A stretch of 64,000 nucleotides of DNA from NCBI RefSeq assembly GCF_902713615.1, contig NC_052156.1:133300407-133364406 (forward strand). The letters are read 5' to 3'. Shown one piece after another: positions 12,720 to 24,202 of this stretch. Under the pieces are notes generated by a model, which ran no database searches, was not told the origin of the DNA, and was given only the letters and a program-made list of their open reading frames with translations. The stretch comes from Scyliorhinus canicula (taxonomy: Eukaryota). Within the stretch, counting starts at the first letter, position 1. Every line of letters begins with the position of its first letter. The translations under genes were made by a program, and so were the position numbers.

Positions 12720-13790
12720 ATCCAATTGGCCCCCTTTCTCCATCAATAATATATCTGGCTTGTTTGAAATTTATTGAATCTGCTTCCGTCACCTTTTCAG
12801 GTAGTGCATTCCAGATCATAACTTGTCTGTTGTAAAAAAAAAAATTCTTACGTAACACCTCCTGCCTATTGGTAGATTAGGTTAGTGACAGTAAGGAGAA
12901 ATTATCAAAAGTCATGATTTTGAATGCTTCTATTAGCATTTCAGCTTTTCCCCCCAAGTCCTGTTTCCCTGCTTATCATTTGAGTAAACTTCCTCTGTAC
13001 TCTCTTTCTAAGGCTTTGACATATTCCAGAACACAGTATTCCAGTTATGGCCTAAATTGAACACAGTATTCCAGTTATGGCCGAACTTGATTTTTATTAA
13101 GGTTTTACATAATTTCCTTGCTCTTTGTGGCCAACTTCTATTTATAAAGTCAAGGATCGCGGTTTTAAATAACCGTCTCAACTTGTCCTGCCATCTTGTG
13201 CACATAACATCGCTAGTTCTTTGTTCCTTAAAAGTGCAAAGTTTTTTTGTTTTGAAAAGGATATACTTGCCAATTCAGTGAGCATTTAACTGTTTGTGCA
13301 CTGTGATCACAAAGCGACCAGCAGGACAGTGGGGAAGGAGTCCATGAAAGTTAAAATTTAACTTTTAAATTAAAGTTGGATTAAAAATCATTTGGCATAA
13401 AGCATACTTTCATGACACTGTAATGTTTAACATTGGAACAATTGGTTTACATTTCCACTCCTCATTCCTCCTCCCTATCAATTTTCATTTCTGTTAAATT
13501 GCATCTGTCTCGTGTCAATCCATTTCACCAGTCTATCTTTGTCCTGAAATTTCTTATTATCCTCCTCACTGTTTGCTGCATCTGTGTTCCATGCCATCTG
13601 CAAACTTTGAAATAATGCCTTGTTTGCAAAGGTTCAGGCCATTAATATATCAAATAGAGCAGTGATCCTAATGTCGTTCCCTGGGAAACAGCCCTGCTTA
13701 TACTTCCCTCCAGTCTGGAAATAAATACTACCTTTTACTATCTGTGCCCAAGCACTGGCCCTTTAGTTCCAGGGGCTTCAGGTTTACTGC
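12720..13790 (-). mobile_element. Degenerate CR1-type LINE fragments, including a 30-bp tandem duplication at 13029-13082
   Basis: Reverse strand reads NWNTVF (decayed LEYCVQFW motif) twice; reverse-transcriptase G.PQG-like sequence near 13680. Confidence 0.6.
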
Positions 13791-13812
13791 TCCATATTAA
13801 TGTTGTATATCA

Positions 13813-14110
13813 AGGTAGCAAAGTGGTTAGCACTGTTGCTTCACAGCGCCAGGGTCCCAGGTTCGATTCCCGGCTTGGGTCACTGTCTGTGCAGAGTCTG
13901 CACGTTCTCCCTCTGTCTGCATGGGTTTCCCCAGGGTGCTCTGGTTTCCTCCCACAAGTCTTGAAAGACGTGCTGTTAGGTAATTTTGACATTCTGAATT
14001 CTCCCTCCATGTACCCGAACAGGCTATGGAATGTGGTGACTAGGAGCTTTTCATAGTAACTTCATTGCAGTGTTAATTTAAGCCTACTTGTGATAATAAA
14101 GATTATTGTA
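13813..14110 (+). mobile_element. tRNA/V-SINE with 'cttgtgataataaagattatt' tail
   Basis: Full head, core and tail. Confidence 0.8.
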
Positions 14111-14599
14111 ATAATTGAACATCATTGAAAGTTTTTATACACTACATCAAACAGACTACCTTTGTCAACCCTGTTCGTTACTTCCAGGAAATATTCAGTG
14201 GTAACATTTTGGACGCCAACTATAAGCTTTAAATGCACTTAAATTTCACTCAGTCTAACCCCCAGCTAGCCTTTGACCCTTTTATTAGCCACACTAATCC
14301 AGCCATCGATTTGCTCAATCATTCATTCCTACCTTTAACCCATAAAATCTCTTAAATATCCTGTATCTCCATTTAGACTTTGACATTGTGACCATGTCTC
14401 TTTCTATTTTCCTGGTTGTTGGGCCTTCTTACTTGATTCCACTTTAAACATTCCAATTGTAGCAAGCGCAAAACCAGCAATTGCCTCGTATCCCATCCCA
14501 GCACCCTCGTCTGCAAGTTCACAAACTCTGTTCTCTTCCACAGCAATCTCTACCACTTCATTGGACAATTGAACATTGGACAACTGAAACTACTATAAA

Positions 14600-16250
14600 C
14601 AAATAAAGGCCACAAACCTCAGCAGGCTAGTCACTTTACTGTGTTCTGTATTTTACTGTGTTCCCAATCGACTGAGCACTGGCAGTGAGTATGTATTGTC
14701 ACTGTGATAAGCAGAGGAAAGAAAAGGGATAATCCTGGTATGATATGTCTGAGACACCTGTATCAGTTCCAGGCTCTGGTTCTTAAGCATGGGAAAGATC
14801 TTGCCAAAGGAACATCTCAGACACCCATTTCTTGTCCTTCTTGCCTTGTTCAGAACACTTGGCCTCAAATAATTCTATTCTTAGGTTAGCATCTATGGGA
14901 CTTTTCATTTGTTGCAAAAATGAGAAAATTGCTGCACTTATTGTTAATATCAAAATTATGGAAATACTTTTGCCTGTTTTGCAGATCTAACCAAAATAAT
15001 AAGCACCCACTGTAACTATAATTCAGGAAAGCAAACCTCTGTCCTGTGCATAATGTTGATCTATTAGCTGTTCCATTTTCATCCTGTTTCAAAGCTGCCA
15101 TTTGGAACTCATCTTAAAGCAACAACCTCTGAACACAGTAATGAATCAACTTATCCACTAAATTCCAAATAAGTTACAAGTCTAATTGCTGAAATGATAA
15201 AATTAAAGCTCTAGCCATTGTGTTCTGAAGAAACAAAAGGGAAAATGCTGGAAAATCTCAGCAAGTCTGGCAGCATCTGTGGGGAGAGAAAAGAGCTAAC
15301 GTTTAGAGTCCGATAACTCTTTGTCAAAGCTAACAGACAGAGAAAGTGGGAAATATTTATACTGTGGAGTGAGAATGAAAGATGAGTCATAGCCACATAA
15401 ACCCAGGGAAACAGGGTGCTCATGGCCACAGATATCATGGGGAAAGAGTGTTAATGGCAGTCCCCAGAGAGGACAAAAGATGTGAAAGGTCAAACAGCAG
15501 GGAAACTAACATCAGAGGATGAACTGTGGGTGTGGGGGGAGGGGAAGGGGCAAGCAAAGAGGAGAAAGGTGGATAAGATTGGGGGGGGGGGGGGGGTAAA
15601 TTAAATGTATATTAAGAAAGAAAGAAATGGTAAAAGACAGTTAAAATGAAATGAAAACAAATAGGTCGAAGTGGGGCTGATCATCTGAAGTTGTTGAATT
15701 TGATGTTCAGGCCGGAAGGCTGTAGTGTGCCTAACCGGAAGATGAGATGTTGTTCCTCCAGTTTGCGTTGCGCTTCACTGGAACATTTTGAATCCTCACA
15801 GTCAGTTTTGATCAACTCGACTGGAGATGAACAAAACATACTGTAAACGCTGAAGGGGAGTGGATATGCAGTTGCTCACCATACACAATTGATGGTTCAA
15901 GAAATAGCTAATAGTGCAGAACCTCAGTTACTCAAAGCGTGTGAATGAATGTCCCCAAAATTACTGAAAGCACATAAAATTGGAGAGGATAGCTTTGCAG
16001 GAAGTTCTGGAAGTAATGAGCTGCAGAATTAATTACATAGGATTGAAGAGATCAGCTACAGCAATACAAATAAGTCAACTTTAATAATCTTGTTGCACGA
16101 GAAAAGATCCACATGTAAATACTGGTATTATATTCCGTTCCAGAGAAAGTTCAACTGAAAGTCTTCAGTTTAATATAAATACAAGCACTGTAATCAGTTT
16201 GAACATTACTGTCAATTTATCATTGTGAAAATATCAATATATGTGGATGC
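14600..16250 (+). pseudogene. ZBED4: Decayed ZBED4 (domesticated hAT transposase): BED3, BED4, start of the catalytic region and C-terminus, with stops, frameshifts, deletions and a Penelope insertion
   Basis: Collinear matches to human ZBED4 from memory. FPID*ALAVSMYCHC/ISRGKKRDNPGMICLRHLY vs [36 protein letters not shown] (14660-14765). SKLWKYF/ADLTKIISTHC vs SKLWNHF..ADSTKVVCLHC (14950-15013). K*VTSLIAEMIKLKL*P vs KKITSLIAEMIALDLQP (15167-15217). VQNL..KACE*MSPK vs VQNL..KICERVHRSPK (15915-15960). EHYCQFIIVKI vs EHFEKLIFLKV (16201-16233). Position and strand match human ZBED4 between BRD1 and ALG12. Confidence 0.88.
15231..15787 (-). mobile_element. Penelope-like retroelement, 5'-truncated (GIY-YIG C-terminus plus terminal repeat)
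   Basis: 15785 to 15681 encodes CSSEAQRKLEEQHLIFRLGTLQPSGLNIKFNNFR*, a typical Penelope endonuclease end. Terminal motif aaatgctggaaaatctcagcaagtctggcagcatctg and a decayed hammerhead at about 15295-15330. Confidence 0.85.
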
Positions 16251-17072
16251 CATAATAGATGAATGGTGGTTAATAACCTGTTCTCCCCAGGAGATTTATT
16301 TTTCTTGACGGACCAAGTCTGCTTCACAACAGTAAAACAAATTCAAATAGAAAAGCCTTTTAAAAATTGGACCCTTGTAACTATTTTCCAGTGATTTTTT
16401 TTTAAGATTATTTACAGTGACTATAGTAGTGAGTGTTACTTATGAAGTTTAAACCTATATTTTCATAAGCAAGCTACTGTGGATAACATTATTTTGATTT
16501 AGAATTTATCCACCACTAAAGTAATATGTCCATCCCAAATTCCAAACCGTCAAAATTCAAACAGGACATATATATTTATCGCCTCAAATAGGGTTAGGTT
16601 AGGGTTTGTACAAATGTTGAGACCTGTTTTTGCAAGCCAGGCCTATGCTACAATAGCTTCTAGTTTCAGTGTAAGATTTGACCACCTTTATCTGTATATC
16701 AGAGGGTCAATTTAGTTCAATTTACTTAGTCTTATGACTCCAAAACAACTTTAACAATTCCTGTTAATGAAAGTTGTATTTATTATTTTAAATTCATCAA
16801 TAGACCCAGAAGTATGATGTTATCACTGCTTTTTAGCAGCTAAAGGCAGAAAAGAGCTTGGACAGGTAGATAAATCAAGCTGTCTTATGTAAAAAATGAT
16901 TTGTACGACAGCAATGCATAACTATTATAAAGTTATGTTGTGCTGAAATTCTGAGACACAGATTAAAATTCCACCCCTGTACTCATCAGCATGTAATTTT
17001 TGACCCATTCACGTCAATGGATGCAAAATTATGGGCTGGGAAACGTGGAAGCAGATTTCTTGCCACATGTTG

Positions 17073-17078
17073 TTTATT
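17073..17078 (-). terminator. ALG12: Candidate ALG12 polyadenylation signal AATAAA (another at about 16779-16784)
   Basis: tttatt on the plus strand about 300 nt downstream of the ALG12 stop codon. Confidence 0.4.
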
Positions 17079-17369
17079 GTAAAATTGAGGGGGAAGGACA
17101 GGAATCAGGTTTCGAAATCAAGAAGCAAACTGGGTCGGTGTAGAAATTCTCAGTAAAACTAGAAGTAAATGAGCAAATTAGTCAATGTCATTTTTTTTTA
17201 GATTGACACAAGTTAAATGGCAAAATCCTCACAAGTTATCTTATTCCATAAAGTACCCACTTAGCATTTTGATCAAACACTAATAAAACAGATTGTTAAA
17301 TAAAGGGGAACAAGCAAGATGTCTGAGAGTCTTAAATATTGAACAGAATGGTGGAATAAGCTGGATAAT

Positions 17370-17616
17370 TTATCCTTTTCTCATATTTTCGTTACGAATG
17401 TATATTTTTTCAAGTACCACTAATTTTGTCTCTGTTTTAATATAAAATGGAGGTAGTTGAGATAGGTTAAATCCAATTCCACTAAAACCAGAAATATTAA
17501 ACATTATGCTATGGGTGTTTCTATACTGCAATATATATACTGGATTCATTTCCATTAGGTAGTGTGTATGTGCATTGCTTTCAACATCTGGTTTAAGATC
17601 TTCCCTCTTGTCATAC
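17370..17616 (-). CDS. ALG12: ALG12 coding exon 9 (last): YDKREDL...ETKLVVLEK...MRKG*
   Basis: Acceptor TTTTGATAG at 17617; YDKRED motif; stop TAA at 17370-17372. Confidence 0.93.
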
Positions 17617-20196
17617 CTATCAAAAGAGGGGGAAAAAAATCAAAATGATAGAATCTTTTCATAATGATATGCTAATAAACACATTCAAACCAGACTTATT
17701 GAATTTCCTTACAATACAAGAACAAAAAAGAGATTTTAAAGACTTCTAGTCAAACCATTTTTTTTCTTCCCAGCAAAGACAATGGACCATAACTTCTTCA
17801 GAGTGCCAATGTGTCAGTTTGCCACTCTGTACCCACTTACCTGCACCAAATTTCATTGGTGTCTATCTTGCCCAACCTTCCTGACTCAGGCTGGGCAAGT
17901 TCCAGGCAGCACAGATATCCAAGAGGACCAGCATTGAAGTCTTAGAGTCACTGAAGGACACGTTCCATTTTTTTATTGCACAAGCTGCTGTAAAGCAGGT
18001 AAATTTACAGGCCCAGAGATGGTAGGGCATGTGAGGAAAGTTGGGGTGGAATCCTGCCATGATAAGTTAGGGATGAGAGTCAGGCACACGGAGATTAGGC
18101 AATACCTTAGTCATGGGGGGGTGGGGGGGGGAAAGAGAAGGTGTGCGAGGAGGGGTCTGAATGTATGGGGAGTTCGGTGCGGGGATTGGCCTGGGTAGTT
18201 ACACAGAAGTTAGAGGTTTTATTTCTTCTACTTTTTTCTGAGTATGAGCACAACGCTGGCAGAAACATCTGAAGATATTAATAACTTTTTGAGATGGTGC
18301 ACAGCATAATTGCCAGGGCAAGTTAGCACTTCTGGACAATTGCTGTGCAAATGCTTATCTGGGAAGTTTAGAGGGATTCGCCAGCGCATCTTTGCAGTAC
18401 CCCCTAAATCCAACACCAGAGAACCCAGAAGTTAGTGCCCAATTATGACCTACGTAAAAGTGGTAGTCTTAGAATTCTTGAATACTCACAAAAGCATGGA
18501 ATCTTGTTCTGTTAATTATTCAGAGATATCTCTACTTAAAAATGAGTATCATACCATTTACCATTCTGATTCAGAATCGAGGGATAATTTTCACTTTCAG
18601 CACTGGCAGTTATGGATCAGCCAGGAATTATGCGCTTCACCCAATTTTCCAGTTTTCAAAAATGGAATAAACAACAGGCTGCTGATTCATATCCACCTGC
18701 TTCCTGCCTGCACCAAGAGTGAAAATTGACCTACTGGATCTTAAAGCAGAGTAACAGTCTATTTGATCCTCTCCCCTCGTGTCCCATTATCCATACGCTT
18801 TTTTCCAAATTGATGCATTTATTATCTGTTGAAGAGACTAAAACTGAGGAAAAAGTTTAAAAATTAAATGTCCTCCAGTTAAGATGGAGATGGAGAAACT
18901 TTTTCTCAGAAGGTCGTTAGTCTGTGGAATACTCTTCTCCAGAAAGCAGTGGAGGCGGAGTTACTGAATTTTTTCAAGGCTGATTAACATAGATTCTTGA
19001 TAGACAAGGGAGTCAAGAGTTATGGCAGGGGAAGACAAGGTGGAATTGAGACTACAAACAGATCAGCCACGGTTTTATCAATGGCCTACTCCTGCTCTCA
19101 AGTCCGAATACTCCTTTTGAAAGCTATTGTGGATTCTATTTCCACCACCAGTTCTGAAAGGACATTCCACCAACCATACATTACAAAAATAAAAATGATT
19201 CAACCTCTTGCTTTGTTCTTTCGATGAAAGGTTTATGCCTTTTAGTTACTGACTTGCCAACCAGTGGAATTTCTTTAAAACCTTGTCAAAGCTCATTATT
19301 TTTTAACAACTCAATCAAATCTCTTGACTTTTTCTATTCTAATAAAAAAAATCCAAGTTGATCTCGTCTCTTCTCGCTAGTGCCTTTAAATCATTTTAAA
19401 GAATCACTTCAGAATTTTGTCCTTGATCTAGCAGTGTCCTTTTATACCCATGCCTCATACACACGATACCCTTAGCTAAAAAAGAGTCTTATCAATTTCA
19501 ATCTCGCAAATTTCAATTGACTCAGTATCTTGGAGAGTTTCAGATTTCCAATGCCCTTTGTTTTGGAAAAGCGTTTCCTGATTTCACTCCTCAATTGCTG
19601 AGCTCTAATTTAAAAATGATACTATTTTGTTCTGGCTCCACCAATAGAAATTATTCATCTGTATCTAGCTTATTGAATAATTTTATTATTTATAACATTG
19701 ATAATATGACTGCTCAACCATCCAAATTTGAAGAAATAAGTTTTTTTGCAACCTATATTAACATTGTAATTTCAGCATCATTCTAGTGATTTTATGCTGT
19801 ACTCAATCCAAGTTCAGTATATCTTTCCTGAGAATTGGCACCAAAACTGAATGTAGTGTTATAGATGGGATCTGATCAAAGTTCTGTATAACTGAAGAAT
19901 AACTTCTCTCCCTCTGAATTTTGTTTTTTTTTAATTTAGAGTACCCAATTATTATTATTTTTTTCCCCAATCACAGGGCAATTTAGCATAGCCAATCCAC
20001 CTCACCTGCACATCTTTGGGTTGTGGGGGTGAAACCCACACAGACATGGGGAGAAAGTGCAAACTCCACACAGACAGTGATCCGGGGCTGGGATCAAACC
20101 CAGGTCCTCGTCGCCGTGGGCAGTAGTGCTAACCATTGTGCCACCGTGACGCCCTTCCCTCTGCATTTCAAACCCCTTGACATAAATAACTAACAT

Positions 20197-20528
20197 TCAT
20201 AGAACATTACAGCACAGTACAGGCCCTTCGGCCCTCGATGTTGCGCCGACCTGTGAAACCAATCTAAAGCCCATCTACACTATTCCATTATCATCCATAT
20301 GTTTATCCAATGACCATTTAAATGCCCTTAATGTTGGCGAGTCCATTACTGTTGCAGACAGGGCATTCCATACCCTTACTACTCTGGGTAAAGCACCTAC
20401 CTCTGACATCTGTCCTATTTCTACCTCCCCTCAATTTAAAGTATGTCCCCTCGTGCTAGCCATCACCATCTGAAGAAAAAGGCTCTCACTGTCCACACTA
20501 TCTAATCCTCTGATCATCTTGTGTGCCT
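20197..20528 (-). mobile_element. CR1/HER1-type LINE 3' end
   Basis: Encodes KMIRGLDSVDSESLF..MASTRGHTL and carries the CR1 tail (cctgtactgtgctgtaatgttctatg). Confidence 0.8.
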
Positions 20529-20529
20529 C

Positions 20530-21205
20530 AGGCTGTACAATCTTTTGCCCCTCCTTCGCTTCACTTGGGCTTTCCTTTACCACTTTAACAAACCCTACTG
20601 TCTTATCCTGTTTTACCACATCAGCCTTCCCAGTGCTTTTATTCAACCACCACTGTGACTTTACATGGCCTAGTTTATTACAGTGAAAACATTTGAAACT
20701 TTTCATTTCTTTTCCACCCTCCTGGATTTCTTTTTTTAAAATCTGAGGTACACTCTCATTATCTCCCATCAGATCACCTTTACCACTTGAGTATTTCTCA
20801 TGTCCCCAGTTTCTATCCCTCACAGGCTGAAACTGATGTCGGAAACCAAGCTTTGATTTATGAACTAATTCGTAATCATCTGACATTTCTGCTGCTAACC
20901 TCGCAGTTTTAACCCTTTGCTCTTCCACATGAGTTCTCACTACATCAGGAAGTGAATTTTTAAACTCCTCCCAAAAGTATAATTTCTCTAGAGAGCTTCA
21001 TACGTTTGGTTTATTTTCAAAGCCCTTTTCCACCTATCAAAATTACTCTGTTGGATCCTTTCAAATTCCATGTATGTTTGACCAGGTTATTTCCTTAAGT
21101 TTCTAAACCTTGTCTGTAGGCTTCAGGCACTACTTCATATGCCCCCAAGATGGATTTTTTCACCTCCTCGTACGTCCCAGATACCTCCTCTGATAGTGAT
21201 GCAAG
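20530..21205 (-). mobile_element. Gypsy (Gmr1-like) LTR retrotransposon gag fragment
   Basis: SCAN-like YEEVKKSILGAYEVVPEAYRQ and zinc knuckle CFHCNKLGHVKSQ (last Cys lost); frameshifted. Confidence 0.8.
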
Positions 21206-22539
21206 TAACAGAGAGCAAGGAAAATACGAGTGAAAGACAGAACGAACAGCCAAAGTGGAGGTCAACGCGCAACAACAATGGCAACGAAAACCGTCCGGGA
21301 AAAGAAAGTAACAACACCTCACCAGATCCATTCTCGTATTGCCCTGTTGGACATAACTACTGTAATTGTTTCTCTGGCACTCAAATGTATATATGTATCT
21401 CCCCAGTTTCCCACCCCCTCCCACCCACAAACAGGTGCCAACTTATTTATTAAACGTAATATTGTTAACTGTACAGAGTTGCTGTTTTTGCGCCAATATA
21501 CAATATCCTACCAGTTTTTTTCTTCTTTATATATATATATATATATATAAAATCATATTTTAATCTGTGTACATAACTGTAAATATACTATGTTCAAAAA
21601 CCCAATAAAAAGCATTTATAAAAAAAATAAATAGCTAACATTCTACTAAAGTTTTGATTATTTTTTGTACCCGAGCACTAGCTTTTTCTATCTGCACATG
21701 GACAGGTAAATAAATACCTTTGTTCTGTTCCCCCACACCTCAGTCTTCTCGCCATTAATAAAATATTCTGATTTATCTTGTTCTGATTCATCTTGTTCTG
21801 ATTCAAGTGGTGACCTCACATTTTTCCAAACTGAAGTCACTGACCTTGTAACTTTCTACCCCCATGCACACAACTTCAACAAAAATAATTTCAACTGTAA
21901 ACTTCCCTCTCTTAACTACACAGAATTTCAGTTTTTTCTCCGAATTTCAGTGGTGCCTTTTTGGTAAAGTCACAATCCCAAACTAATCTTTTCAACAGTT
22001 TCATATTTGGAATTATCAGCAGGAAACCCAGGCGTCCCATTTCTAGAAAACAAATATATTTCCTAAGGCTCTTTGCATACACCTCAGCATAGCAGAGCAA
22101 TTTACTGGATTAGAAGAATTTATTGTTTTTTATTTTCTGTTACACAGTTACTCTACTTTTCTTTTTAGCATCAATCGTCTATTGTTGGATTCTCAGTTTT
22201 TTTGGGGGAGTTTTGGGTGGGACAGTTTTCAAATATCACTGCTCCCTTAGGAAGTGATTCATGCTGGCCTATGGTTTTCCAGTTGTGTGTTCTTCATGTG
22301 TGCATATGCATACCAAGCAGCAGATCCTGGCCTTCCTTCAACTGTACATATGTATAGAATTTCAACAAACATTGATTTGTAACTTTGAATGGACACTGAT
22401 GGGAAAGTCCACAAAAAGGGGTCAGAATTTTACAATTCGAGGTCAGCCATCCAGGGTGGTGTCAGAATACTAATTCTCCACACGAAGAGTAGTAGAGATC
22501 TGGAACTAGCCCCTAAAATGAAAGGCTATGTCATCTTCA

Positions 22540-23105
22540 ATTATACAGGCTATTAGTGAAACCACATCTCGAATACGGTGTGAAATTTTGATCGCCTTAT
22601 CTAAGGAACGATGTTAATGTATTGGAGGCGGTTCAGAGGAGGATTACTCGATTGTTACCTGGAATGAGCAGGTTGCCTTATGAGGAAAGGTTAAACAGAC
22701 TGGGATTGTTTCCACTGCAGTTTAGAAGTGAGGGGTGGCTTGATTGAAGTAGATAAGATCCTGAATGGTCTTGACAAGATGTACGTGGAAAGGATGTTTC
22801 CTCTTGTGGGTGAGTCCAGTGGGCACTGTTTTAAAATTAGGGTGCGACCTATTAGGGCAAAGATTAGGAGAATTTTTCTCTGAGGATTATGTAATTTTGG
22901 AACTCACTGCTTCAGAAGGCATTGGAGATGCGGTAATTGAAATTTGTTAAGACAAAGGCAGATTGATTCCCTTGCCTAACAAGAAACAAAAGTTGTGAGT
23001 AAATTGGATGTGGAATTCGAAACACACAGATCAGCCATGCTCTTATTGAACAGCAGAGCATACTCTTAAGGGGCTGAATGGCCTACTTCTCTTCATTTGT
23101 TCATA
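22540..23105 (+). mobile_element. CR1-type LINE 3' fragment
   Basis: LVKPHLEY..F*SPYLRNDVNVLEAVQRR motif and CR1 tail. Confidence 0.75.
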
Positions 23106-23325
23106 TGTACGTTTTATTGATAATTGATTTGAGCTGTTTCATTAAAGATAAAGAAAAACAGACAAAATAGAATACAATACAATGAGATGGAGGGGATCTG
23201 GAGAACAAAAGGATGGGGGAGGTAATTAATGCAACTGTAGCGACATTATTTCAAGTAAAGAAATGCCTCTGTTTCATTACAAATTCCTATTAAAGGTGTT
23301 GAATATCCACTAGAAAATAACTTAC

Positions 23326-23401
23326 TTCCAACTTGGATTGAGTTCAAGGAATCGGGTAACACCAGTCTGTGCAGAAGCAACATCAATGTGCACGGAAACA
23401 G
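23326..23401 (-). CDS. ALG12: ALG12 coding exon 8 (76 nt): [25 protein letters not shown]
   Basis: Conserved HIDV.AQTGV.RFL motif; AG and GTAAGT boundaries; length as in human. Confidence 0.95.
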
Positions 23402-23933
23402 CTAGAGGGAAAGATGAAGGGAGAGAGATACTAAAAAATCCTCTCATGAAATATTCACTTGGAAATAAATTTCACAACTGTTAATAAGCAACATTCTGCT
23501 TCCAATATGTGACCATTTAGTCAAATCATAATATGGAGGAAATAGAACAAATGCAATACAAGTCAACAATAAATGAGCTGCGAAGCAAAATAATTTAAAA
23601 CTAAAGGAAATATTAAGATGTGAAAGGTAATTAACTGTAAGGCCAGGTAGAATGATCATATTGTATTAAGTTGGAAACACTGAGCATTAAAAACAGTTTT
23701 TAATGAATATTGTACATACTGAAATGCAAGGCATAGTATGCAGACTGGGTCATTGCTGGACTAGAACCTCTGGGTTCGAGTTCAATTGTTGGCCATGGAA
23801 GGAGACTTTATAACACTGATTCAACAGGCTGACAGTCAGCTCGGGATCCTTCCACCATTGCCCCCACACCAAAAAGGGTAAAAAACAGTGTGAGCATGAA
23901 GATTCGCTAAAAGAAACCCGAGGCTTCAGATGA

Positions 23934-24202
23934 TGTGGAGATACCGGAGTTAGACTGGGGTGGCCACAGTAAAAAGTAGTGTAGCACCTAGTTAATTTGG
24001 AATCACTAGCTTTTGGAGTGTAGCTTCTTCATCAGGTGAGTCATCTGGCGAACGAGCTACGCTCTGAAAGCAAGTCTTATAACACCAGGTTAAAGTCCAA
24101 CAGGTTTGTTTGATATCACTAGCTTTCAGAGCATAGTTCCTTCATCAGGTGATTCCAAACAAACCTGTTGGACTTTAACCTGGTGTTGTAAGACTTCTTA
24201 CT
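23934..24202. mobile_element. Non-autonomous Penelope terminal-repeat element with inverted repeats and hammerhead cores; 11-bp TSD
   Basis: TSD gcttcagatga at 23923-23933 and 24203-24213; 41-bp inverted repeat at 24072-24112 and 24156-24196; CTGATGA...GAAA core on the minus strand. Confidence 0.75.
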
